Assembly (NCBI GenBank): GCA_002269645.1 | Contig: NIVC01003264.1 | Location: 1 to 64,000 of the forward strand | Direction: 5' to 3' | Length of the DNA: 64,000 bases | DNA from: Macrostomum lignano | Lineage: Eukaryota | Program-made: the position numbers and the translations under genes | Shown: positions 35,791-46,542 of the stretch, piece by piece | Position numbering within the stretch: the stretch's first letter is position 1 | How the letters are laid out: each line of letters opens with the position of its first letter | Notes under the pieces: model-generated | What the model saw: only the letters and a program-made list of their open reading frames with translations | What the model was told of the DNA's origin: nothing | Databases searched by the model: none

Positions 35791-36562
35791 TCAGCCGACG
35801 ATCCACACATCGCCAGTCTCGTTGGCGAAGGCGGTGGCGAACCTGCTGAGGCGGCAGAGGCCGCTGCTGCTGTTGAAGCGATAGGAGGAGCAGCTGGCAG
35901 ACCGGGCGCAGGAGGCTGCGCACTGCATCAGACTCTGCGTCTTGACGTCCCAGCCCAAGGAGCCGGCGAATTCGGCAGTGGTGACCAGCGGAGGGGCGGC
36001 AGCGGCGGCTAACTTGCGGAAATGAAGACTCCGCGGGACTGCACGGGGCAAAATGGGTTCTGCCAATGGACGAGACAGGTTGAGACTTGATAATTCAATT
36101 ATAATCTCAGCTGAATGTGAACTCACTGGTTGAGTACACATTCTCGTAGACAGAGTTTCGGTACGATCCGCCGCAGACTTGGCTAGCATTTCCAGCACAC
36201 TGGTACATGCACTCAGATTCTGGTGCCGGACCCCAGGAGCCGTAGCTGGAGTCGCAGGCGCAGTAATTGATGCCCTGCACCGCAGAGTATCGAAAGCCGT
36301 CGTAGGTGCAGATTTCGATGCACAGATACACCGTCATGTCGCTTCTTCTCACAAACCCGTTGAGCATGTAGGTGACGCTAAACGGTCCAAGCTGGGCGAT
36401 GCCAAACAGACCCAGCATGTCCCTGTTAGGTAGAGCATAGTCAACAAAGCAGCCGACATAGACCCGAGTGGCCTTGCGCTGGCACAGCGACTCAGAGGCC
36501 AGCAGAGCGACTACTGCAACAATAGCGAGGCTAAGACGCATGCCGAGTGGTTTTTGTGGCAT
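35791..36562 (-). CDS. Secreted WSC-domain + PAN/apple-like protein, 2 exons (36562-36127, 36008-35791; 217 aa, or shorter from ATG 36541)
   Basis: Signal peptide. WSC motifs YVGCFVD..MTVYLCIEIC..YCAC..C..QCAGNASQVCGG..NSVY. Donor a|gtgagt and acceptor ttag|cc join in phase 1 to CAASCARSASCSSYRFNSSSGLCRLS, a PAN-like Cys pattern. Confidence 0.88.
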
Positions 36563-37156
36563 TCACTTGTGCAGCTTAACAGGGAGCGCAAAATTTGTTT
36601 CAATGTCTGCCGCTTTATAAATTGGTGATCAAGAAAGCATTGACTGCACACAATAGCCTCTAGAACGGATGCTAAAGCCTGCCGACGGTTTCCTGGCTAA
36701 AAGCAAGAAACCGCAGAAGACCACCAGCTTCGCTACCGCTGACAAGAAACATTTTCTTTTCTTAAACAAAGTCAAGACGCGAAGATGAATGCCGGAGGTA
36801 GAACATTCCGTAGGAAGGCCTCCGCGCAGAAACAAGATACAGAAAACGAGTTCCACAGAGAACTTCACCGGAGGCGTCAAAGCTGCGCAGTAACGGAAGG
36901 CGTCACAGGCACAAAAGAGAATCAAGAAAAGAAAAGCAGGAAAATTGGATGCGAGAGACAGTTAGCGGAGTGGGCGTGAGAATGCCAAGAGGTATGGTAA
37001 TCGGGTACTCGTACACGGACGCTTATTTTATCTTGCAATTTGTTATGGCGACATTTTTCGGGCTGTGCGAAAGATTTCGCGATCCAAAACTTTATTAGTC
37101 TACTAGTCTCAGTAGTCTAAATTGAATCTCACAACATCTCTGGTTTTAAGTCAGAC

Positions 37157-37388
37157 GTAGTTGAAGCCTAGTGGTTAGAACATCGGACTCACGACTGGAA
37201 AGGTTATGGGTTTGGTTCTCGGAACAATTTGTGCCCTTGAGCAAGACACTTAACTCTACATTGCTTCAGTTCACCCAGCTGAAACATGGGTACCAGCATT
37301 AGCTGGGGTAAATGAGGGCGTGTGTGGCGACCCCCCAGTCCTTGGACTGAACAGCCGTAAGCAGCCTTCAGATGCGCCGCGCAATAGC
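37157..37388 (+). mobile_element. tRNA-derived CORE-like SINE, copy 2
   Basis: Colinear with 3551-3790, including the 3' tail gcagccttcagatgcgccgcgcaatagc. B box is degraded. Confidence 0.8.
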
Positions 37389-37730
37389 TGCGGCTGAGCT
37401 GTCGGTTGCACATCTGGCCATAAAACATTTTTCTTAAGCCAAATATTTGCAACAATCATTTTTACAAATTTTCATATTGACATACTGGACCCTCCGACAG
37501 GGGGACCGCGCTGCTGCGGACCACCGGCACTACCGGATTGCTGGCAAACGAAGCCTGCTTATACATGCAAATGCCGATAAGAAAATGAGTCACTAAAATA
37601 ACATCTCGATAATTTTCGTAACTAAACATTCAAGGCAGTCATAATTACTATAGTTATTATATTAAAGACTAAAGAGAATAGGAACTCAGTACAAAATGCA
37701 CTATGCTGAAAATTGCTATATCGCAAGCGG

Positions 37731-38528
37731 CTATTTCTCCGATTCAAATGCAGTTGAAAACTCCACCAGCACTTGTCTAACAGCTTCGGGATCCAGACGG
37801 TTGCTCAGCTGATTGATGCTCGCAGCCAGCCGCTGCTCCGCTGTAGCGCCTTCGGGACCGTCGCCAGCATCGGCTGTCGATGCCAGTTGAGGAAACGCTT
37901 CGACTACCCGGCGGCAAAGGTCGGCCAGCCCGGCAGTCAGCAGCTCAGCGTCGGCTTCTTCTGCGTCCCGGCGAGCCAGCAGATCAGCGACAGCGTCAGC
38001 CAGATCCTCGGTGTGGCGAGCCCGCAGCAGGGCCTCCTCCTCGCGCACGATGACGGAGCGGCGCAGCTGGCGCGCGAGCTTTTCGCGCTGAGCATTCAGC
38101 CGGAGAAAATCGTCCGTGAAAATCCGCACAGCGCCTGGCGGCAGCGGCGCCTGCCCACACGGCAACTCCGGGCCGGATGCGGAGCCGCCGCCCCGGGCCC
38201 GACGTCGGGACTGGCTGCCACCTCCGCCGCTGCGGGCGCCACCGCCGCCGCCGCCAGCAGCGCGCGAGCGGCCACCTCCCGCTTTTGTCGCGGGTCTTCG
38301 GGCAGCTTTGCCGGACTTTGCCTTGGCCGTCGCAGAGGTTCGCGATCGCTGGCCGCCGCCCCCTCCGCCTTGATTAACCCGACGTGCAGCCGCTGCCCCG
38401 TCCTCCATGGTCAAGATGGGCGGCTCCTGAAAGGCCGCGTTTGCAGTAACGGAAGCAGCGGGTTCTGCTGAGGAAGAAGCGGATGCTGATGTCGATGTTG
38501 CTACTGTCGTTGCTGTGTCGCTGGACAT
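37731..38528 (-). CDS. HMG20A/B (iBRAF/BRAF35)-like coiled-coil protein lacking the HMG box (265 aa from ATG 38528)
   Basis: IFTDDFLRLNAQREKLARQLRRS..EEEALLRARHTEDLADAV aligns by eye with the HMG20 C-terminal IFTEEFL..REAELRQLRKS..EERNAALQKHVESMRTAV. The N-terminal half is low-complexity. An acceptor-like tatccagcag lies just upstream of the ATG. Confidence 0.75.
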   Translation of the reverse strand: MSSDTATTVATSTSASASSSAEPAASVTANAAFQEPPILTMEDGAAAARRVNQGGGGGGQRSRTSATAKAKSGKAARRPATKAGGGRSRAAGGGGGGARSGGGGSQSRRRARGGGSASGPELPCGQAPLPPGAVRIFTDDFLRLNAQREKLARQLRRSVIVREEEALLRARHTEDLADAVADLLARRDAEEADAELLTAGLADLCRRVVEAFPQLASTADAGDGPEGATAEQRLAASINQLSNRLDPEAVRQVLVEFSTAFESEK

Positions 38529-38633
38529 GACTGCTGGATAGCAGGTGCTGTGGGAGGTTGGGGTCAAAGTCACCATAAACATTGTCAGCCCCACTATCCC
38601 AGTCTTGAAGTGTCGCTTTAAAGACACGCACCT

Positions 38634-38977
38634 GGTATTGTCAGCTCCGAAATCTCACCCCTTGATTGTCAGCTCCGAAATCTCACCCCTTGATTGTCAG
38701 CTCCGAAATCTCACCCCTTGACTGTCAGCTCCGAAATCTCACCTCTTGATTGTCAGCTCCGAAATCTCACCCCTTGATTGTCAGCTCCGAAATCTCACAC
38801 CTAGATTGCCAGCTCCGAAATCTCACCTCTTAATTGTCAGCTCCGAAATCTCACACCTAGATTGCCAGCTCCGAAATCTCACCCCTAGATTGCCAGCTTC
38901 GAAATCTCACCCTAGATTACCAGCTTCGAAATCTTACCCCTAGATTGCCAGCTCCGAAATCTTACCCCTAGATTGTT
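38634..38977. repeat. 28 bp minisatellite (CCCTTGATTGTCAGCTCCGAAATCTCAC)n
   Basis: Tandem units that diverge toward the right. Confidence 0.94.
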
Positions 38978-39565
38978 GGCCAGGAATGTTTTTATTGGCT
39001 AGTCAAATGCAACCAGGACAGATTACAAGAGTCAGCAAATTATTAATAGCAATAAACATGAGACTTTCTTCAGGGCTGAAGCTGGACGATGCGCCCATCA
39101 TTAATTATATATTATTAAACGGCAGTTTAGCCGTCACAAACAAGTCAGCAGTTTATATTCTCATGGCCAGTGTTGCGAATAGCATTGGAACCTGGGTTAA
39201 GATTGCAGCGCAATGAGCGATATGGCAATGATGCAGAAGCACCATTTAATATATTCAGTTAGGAAATTGTAAAACGCAAAGGACAACAAAAAATTGGCAT
39301 ATATTTTATATAGAATGCTCGGACTGGAACATGCAGTGCATGGGTACTGTTATAATAAAACCAAGTCAATGCAAAATGCACAACGAAAACCGTGTTTTTC
39401 ATATTGCATCGGAAAATATTAATAATGAAAATGTCCCATCGATACTACTAGACAGTAGGGAAAATAATTGGCGGAGTTTGCATTGAAAATAACAACCGAT
39501 AGAACACAGATGGGACCAACAGAGATCCAACAAAGACTAAATAGAACATAAAAATAGAATCCCGC

Positions 39566-40855
39566 TCAAGCAAAAGACTCCCCGTTCTCCTTGTCGCCGC
39601 CCTGCCGCGCTGCTGCTGTCGGAGTCGCCTGCGGCGGCGGCGAGGCGACGTTTTTAAATTTGCGCTGCAAAGCGGCGGCAATGATGGCGGCCGGGTCGCC
39701 GCTGATTGGCGACTGGCGCCGCTCCTGGCGCCGCGGGTCCTGCGCCCGGTTGCGCGGCTTCAGCGGCGTACCGCCGGGCGACTTGTCCTGCCGGGTTGGC
39801 CGCAGGCGGACTTTGCCGATGTCGGCCAGCAGGGCGCCCATGTCGATAGCCGGCATCGTCGGCGGCTTGGAGCCCGACGGCGAAGCTGCTGCGGCACCGC
39901 CATCGCCGGCGTTCCGGCCGCGGCGCGGAATCACTAACGGGGTTGGCGGCGGCGGCGGTGGTGGCGGCGGAGGCGCAGGTGGCGGTGGCGGCGGCGGCGC
40001 ACGAAATGGCGCCTGCGGCGGCTCCTGCTTGGCGGAGCTCTCCTGGGCGGACACGAGGCGGGCCACCTGCTCGCGCAGGGCTGCCAGCTCAGCCTCCAGG
40101 CGCTGCAGCTTCTCCAGTGCGGCCGGATCTGTCGATGCTGGGCATTCGGTAACGACGGCGGCGGCGGCCGCCGAACAGGACGAAGTCCTCGGCCGAGGCG
40201 GCTCCGGCGTTGAAGCGTCGCAGAACGGAGAGTCGGCGTCGGCGTCCTCGGCTGCCAATGGCTGGTTGGTGGGGCTGAGACCGTAGCACAGCCGGTAGGG
40301 ACCCTGCAGGCGCACCATGCGGTTGGGCTCCTGCAGCTCCAGCCAGGCCGGCTCCTCAGTCAGCTCGGCGCCGCCGCCCCCCTCGCAGTCCTCCACTTCA
40401 TCGCCCTCGCTGGCCGACGATGAGAAACCGTCGCCAAAGACCGACGCGCCCAGGCCGTCGTCGTCGTCCTCGGGAAACAGTCGGCCCTCCTCGTCAAAAA
40501 GGACAACTGGCGGGTCCTGCTGCTCAGCGGCGCAGCTATCGTGCTCAAGCTCATCGCAGACGGCTTCATCAGGCGGTGGCTGCAGCAGCGCCGGCATGAG
40601 GCGCAGCCGGCCAGCAGATTCCGAAGTCCGGCAGACCGGCGCCAATCCGGACAGGGCGCGAAACAGGCGCCGTCTGAGCTTACAAATCAAAGCCGGCGCC
40701 AGGCAGCTGTGCAGCCAGGAGGGCAGCGGCTCGGCGGCCAGTTGCAGCAGCCGCAGGAGGGCAGCGGCCCCGGCTAGGCGACTTGCCAGCAGGCCGGCCC
40801 TAGCCAGCTGCCGCGGCAGATGAGGCTGCTGCCACAGTGCGACAGCCTCGAGCAG
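39566..40855 (-). CDS. MTFR1: Mitochondrial fission regulator (MTFR1/FAM54 family); main exon, N-terminus unresolved
   Basis: ALEKLQRLEAELAALREQVARLV, a poly-Pro tract, LLADIGKVRLRP and DPAAIIAAALQRKF are family hallmarks. The track ORF starts at TTG 40690, but the frame stays open to 40879, with a phase-0 acceptor cctcttcag|40855. Paralog identity within the family is not resolved. Confidence 0.85.
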   Translation of the reverse strand: MLEAVALWQQPHLPRQLARAGLLASRLAGAAALLRLLQLAAEPLPSWLHSCLAPALICKLRRRLFRALSGLAPVCRTSESAGRLRLMPALLQPPPDEAVCDELEHDSCAAEQQDPPVVLFDEEGRLFPEDDDDGLGASVFGDGFSSSASEGDEVEDCEGGGGAELTEEPAWLELQEPNRMVRLQGPYRLCYGLSPTNQPLAAEDADADSPFCDASTPEPPRPRTSSCSAAAAAVVTECPASTDPAALEKLQRLEAELAALREQVARLVSAQESSAKQEPPQAPFRAPPPPPPPAPPPPPPPPPPTPLVIPRRGRNAGDGGAAAASPSGSKPPTMPAIDMGALLADIGKVRLRPTRQDKSPGGTPLKPRNRAQDPRRQERRQSPISGDPAAIIAAALQRKFKNVASPPPQATPTAAARQGGDKENGESFA

Positions 40856-43800
40856 CTGAAGAGGCGGGTGTAGACGGGGTCATGTAAGCCCAGTATGTCT
40901 TGCTTAACAAGGGGAAGTGATTGAAAAAAAACAAAAAAGATTAACAAAAGAGACAGAGACCCATAGCATCTGATTAGATTCCGTTGAGCATCCATCGATT
41001 GCATAGAAAAAAAGCTTTCGTAAGGCCGGTTTTTAATCCTCTCTCCTAACACGAGAGTTTCAATGAATTTTGAGCATCTCAAATGGTTCAGTTCAGCAGC
41101 CCCGGATTCTGAAAGGCGAGGCCTCAATTTCCTCAAGTAATTGGAACTGCAGTTTAGGGGAAATTTTGATCATTAGGCGGGCGCGATGGACTGGAGAGAG
41201 GCGGACAGACGGAGAAAGGGGATTAAATTAAAAACAGAAGTCTGTTAAGCCACCATGCGATCGATTGGAAATGGAATCCAGCAAATTGAACTGATGCCAC
41301 GCCTATGCAGTCAGAAGGTAATACAAGAGATTGAAAATCCATTTGAGTGAGCTTATAAAATGTACTTTCTAGTGGTAAGATTTCGTTTTCTGATGCGTGC
41401 GCCGGCAGATTAGAAAAAGCATTTTTGATCGATGAGCAAAAAATTTCACTGCGCCCGAAAAAGTTCGACGTCACATATTTTTCCTAGTTTGCAGTGCAAG
41501 AGGTAGGGAGGAAGCAAAGTAGAAAGCACAGGTAAGACTTGTTCCAGATGGAAATTATTATTATTCTTGTCCACACACACACGCACGAACCAATCGGCCG
41601 CGCGATTTCTCCGACCAGACCAAACCGCGAAAAAAGAGGGCTGTGTGTCCAGAAAGAAAAGGCCTGCCTCGCCTTGTTTCTCTCAGCCTCGTGCCTCCGA
41701 CCTCTCTGCGGGTCGATTCTAAGAAAGCAAGAACGCCACGGCAAAGAAAAATGCTGGAGGCAACTAACAGAGGGAGAGGCGGCCGCCTGAGTAGGGCGCT
41801 CTACAGCCCCGAGCCCCATCAGCCAACAAGAGTCCGGCGGGAAAAAACTCAACTCTTCTGTCTATCCGTCTGCTTTTTCCGCCGGCAGCAGCTGGTCAGG
41901 AATAGTAGGGCCGTAGCCCCTGCCCAAATTAAGCCGCAGAGTTCGCTGCTTCCCATCTAGCACTGTTTTGCCGTCATCAGTGCCACCGCTTCTGCTTGCA
42001 ACCCTCGTCAAATCGAAGTACTGCTCGGCGTACCACATTCTTACGGTTCTTTCTCTCCCTTCCCAAAACTGCTCCGTGGTCCCAGTCCAAGGCATTGATG
42101 GTGATTGCCTGACAAACGAACGGCACATGCAATATTATATTAACGGCTCATGTGGTCGTCCTTTCTCTCTATTGAGCCTGTGTGTGCGTATGAGCGTGCA
42201 CAAGATCTGTATATTTAATGTCTTTGAGTTCTCTGACAAGTCTGTATAGCCTATAGCACTGAAGCGAAATCAGCTCCGCATAGCAACCAGCCGTCGTCTT
42301 AGAAACGTTTTTTATGAGCGCACAGCTGAGCAATAGAATCTGTTGTTATTGGCGTAGCACAATAAGCCACTTCATGTAAAAATGTGCAGTGCAGTTGTGC
42401 AGTTTTTCCTTCGACGTAAGCCAAACTTTTTGTTCTTCGAGACTGTTTCTTCTGCCGAGACGAAGAATGCCAACTCGCGGAGGATGTCATTTTGTCTATT
42501 TTGATGCTCCTAACTCGGCCGCCCAATCGCTCAAATGTCAATTTTTCAAACTTCAGGCTGACTTGCAATTACAAAACACACGAGTATGCCGAACCAGGGA
42601 GTTTACTTTCTATGGTAATCACTTTTACTTAGCTTTCACAAGCTACCAGCTTGTATAAAATTGTGATGTCTGTTCTCTGATGACTCCTGCATGCACGAAA
42701 GGAGTTTCGAATTTCGGAATGCAAAGCCGTAGTGCAATCGCATCCACCTGCAGCCGAAAAATAAGTCCCTGTGACAGCTGTGATCCCATCCTAGTCCAGT
42801 CAGGAGAGCGCGCACTCCGGATATGAATCAATCGATCAATACACTTCATCCAGAACAAAAATGAAGTCATAATAGCGCTCATATTTCAGCTCATGTGAGC
42901 CAGCTAGCCTATTGCCCTCGCAATTCCTTCTCATTATTGTAGCTGAACTATTTCACATCGTATTAGAAGTGCAATAAATAAGGTAGCACTTGGTGCATAC
43001 AGGATACATGAGGAGGGAAAGAATACTCGCATAACAGAGGGCAGCCAGTCGAGAGCAAGGCGGATCCAACGCTGCCTCACTGACCGTTTAGAAGTCTTAT
43101 TTGCTCATTCGACTGGAAAATGAGAGACCCCCACAACGGAAGGGGTAGGCGAGAGGGAGAGAGAGAGAGTTGGCGCGAGTTTAGGCTCCATGGCCTGGGA
43201 GGAATAAAGCCGAACAAAAAAGAAAAGTAAAAAGTGAAGACAGCTTATTTGCACACGCATTGCATTATCATGGATTATATAGCTCAGGCCGCGTTTGTGA
43301 AAAGAAAACAGTAGAAAACTTAATTTCCTCCTCCCATCGACACAACCAGAGACGCTCTTGTCACTGCGCGTCAATCCTGCCTAGTTTTTTTCTTTCCTGG
43401 GCCATGCCGAGTTTCAGTTTGGCGAGGGAAAGAGAGGGGGAGCGGGACTCGGATTTGATTGACTGTCGCGCTTTCCGGAGACGGGTGGAGCACAGATACG
43501 CACGTAGAAGTCTAGAGCATAGCTCGTATATAGATACGAGAGATCGGGAAGACTATAAAACATCGATGAATTTAGATCAAACAGCCATGCACAACTCTGG
43601 GCGGTAGAAACTGGGATATAGACTACCCTGAGAAAACTTTTCTACTTCCGAAAAAGTTGGAGATGGGAAGGGTGGCTCAGAAAGACACAGGGATCATTGA
43701 TTATTTTATCCTCACAGTCACAGATCCATGTTAGCATTGAGCTACTGGCTTCGTGCGCAAAAAAACCAGACAATACGGAGAATAAACGATGATTATAGAC

Positions 43801-46542
43801 AGGGAGAACAGGAAAACCAAAGGGAGATGTGAGGATATGCCAAGTAGGAAAACTGCCAACGATGACAAGTACTGGTACTGGGGTATCTATTTCATAGTTT
43901 ACCCAGTATAGTGAAAAAAACCCAAGGCACACGCTCTAAGTACTTACACTAATACGACAAGCATATTCTAGCCAAAGGACACGAACGCAAAGTTGCACGG
44001 TCTGAATTTCACCTTGAGCTCTTCTCTTTGGAATGCAATAAATCAAACTGACTAACTTTACAATGCACTCACGATAAATAATACAATTGCAGACTAGCTT
44101 TCAGCCAGCATCACCGTAAGTAATGAGAACTATTTCTCATACGAGGAACAAGATGCAGTGTCAGTAATGTTAGAAATAGCTTTGCCTCAAGCGTGTCAGT
44201 AAATAGAAAGGAATGAAGAGTCAAGAGTAGGTGGATTGAGTCTTCTCTAGGCTGGAGGGCTTCTAAAATATTGATACCAAACTGGCCAGTTGGCGAGACG
44301 CTGAGAGGGGTTGACTTGACCAGATTTGGTAGCATCGCATTACATCCAACCCGTCCTGTCCAATCCATTCTAACAGTAGCTAGAGAAGCATGAAGTCGGG
44401 GTTAGTCTGTGTTGCTCAAGCATAAGAAAAAAGCCTCAGCTGCAACGGTCTCTTAAGCCTGAGCGCTTCCATTCACTTTAATTAATTGCCTTTCTTTTGT
44501 CAAGAAGACAGAACAGAAATAAGCTGCTCAAGTAGAAGATAATAATTCTCAAATGCAGCCCAGGAGGAAAGGGAAGATGTTGCTTTTTACAGGAATTCCT
44601 TTTGCTGAAAAAGAGGTCCAAACCCGCTAATTTTCAAGATGCTTTCCTAAAGTGAAGTTTTTTTGTCGCGTAGCCAGTGCATAAGCCGCCTTGATTATAC
44701 CACTGCTAAATTGACGCAATTATTTACTGTTGTCTTAACCAAAACACGAGTAAAGATAAACGTTCAATAGAATAGAAACCAGTAGCAGAGCTACTCTATT
44801 GAGTCTTTTCCATGATTTTCTCCAGTGCGCTGCTACAAGAGTGCAAACAAGCTAAACGTTGCAAATTAAGGTCTGTGATTTTTCTATCTGAAACCCGTTT
44901 GCTTATCCAACATAGCCGCTAGTGCTGTAACGTCACATTTAGAACTGTTTATTAGTAGTTAGAAACTTGTCGAAAATTCAAATAAACAGACAATCACCAA
45001 AAGTATGACAAATGAACTCATAGAAAATTAATCTGTTTGAGAAATACCAACTTGACAAATTATCAGCACGCCTGAATTATATCCATAGTAAGTCAACAAA
45101 ATGTGAACTATCTAGATAGAAAATCTTGCGAATGTAACACAGAGCTGAGGTTGTCATAACACAGATGCTATGCTCAAGATAGCCTTTATAGGTGCTCTTC
45201 CAGCCCGTCTGGCACTTGGCGTACGCGAGTAAAAAGGCTGAGCTATTGAATCACAACTTCAGGGCGGCAAATATGCGGCCCATACGAAAATAGGTGCCGA
45301 ACTTTCCAGAATCTGTCATTGTGCCACGTGAGGAATGGCGTAGACTGGAAACGAGAGCGCACGAGTGGGTGCATGAGGGTAGAGAAAGGTGGGAGAGAGG
45401 CGAGATGGAGTGTCCCAGACTCCCAGAGGAACTGAGCACAGGACGGCGGAAAGCGCGGGATAGGGCAAGTCAGACTCAGGCAGCAACAGAGGATCTAGGA
45501 AGGTGCAGTAAGCGGAAACTCCTTTTTTATTCAGGAAAAATCCCTGCGGCTTACAGTGAATCAGACTCTCTCAGCTGGCCTGGGGAGCATGAGATCGAGG
45601 ACTTCGAAAGGGAACTGAAAAGGAAAGCAGGTTAGGCCAAGTCCTGCTGTAGGGAGGACGAGCAGAAGAAAGAGGCTGAAGAAAATCATTACTGTATCAG
45701 AGTGGAGCCTTCTGACCCCGAGCCGAAGCGCTTGAAGACTGGAAGAGGAACTTGACCTGCATTTCGGACACGGTAATTGGCGGTTCGCCCCGTGTTACAA
45801 AGCCTGAGCCTTAGCCCCTTTATTATCTGCACGAATGGAATTAGACGAGGAGGCAAACGACCGACAGGTGTAGAAGCTACAGGCAACAACAAGCCCAGAG
45901 GTTCACCAGAGGCTGGGAAAATTAGTAAACCAAAACAAAAAACTCGAGAAAGACGTCAGAAATGGCTGCTGAGGCTTTTTATAGGGACTTTGAAGCAGCA
46001 ACATAGAGTCTGACAGCACACGCTTACGCACATAGATTTCCCAGTGCACTTTCTTTACAATGCTCCGTCCGCCAGAGGCGACGCAATAAGGAGGATTAAG
46101 AAAAAATGAGGAATTATTTATCGGACGAGTGAAAGAAAAAATCTTTTTCAGCTAACGGAAAGAAAATCCCAATTGTAAAGCGCAGCCAGTCTTTAGCAAT
46201 CTGCCAGTAGTCCGGCATTCTCCCACACTATTCCTCAATTGTGCGCGAAAATCCCCGCCCATTCTGACAGGGGGAATTCCCCAATGCCTATACCGCTATA
46301 GTAGCTACGCTAAAAAGCGATTCAATTCCTTCATCAATTCTTCTAATACGCAGTCCAATACATCAGCTGTCGATGTCTAGACTAAGGGGAGATTAAGGCG
46401 GGGCCCAGACATCTAAAAGGAAGCGGAGGTATGGGACAGGGCTACAATAAGCTTCTGTGCTAAGGCATGAAAGAAAACGGGACATTGATTTGGGGAGAAT
46501 AAGGCAGGTAAGTAAGGATAGGGATGGGCGAGGCAGAAGGGA

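Noticed and set aside
38529-38627. 33-codon N-terminal extension of the HMG20-like ORF (MSLKRHF..)
   Set aside because: It lies upstream of an acceptor-like site and runs into the 28 bp repeat; probably untranslated.
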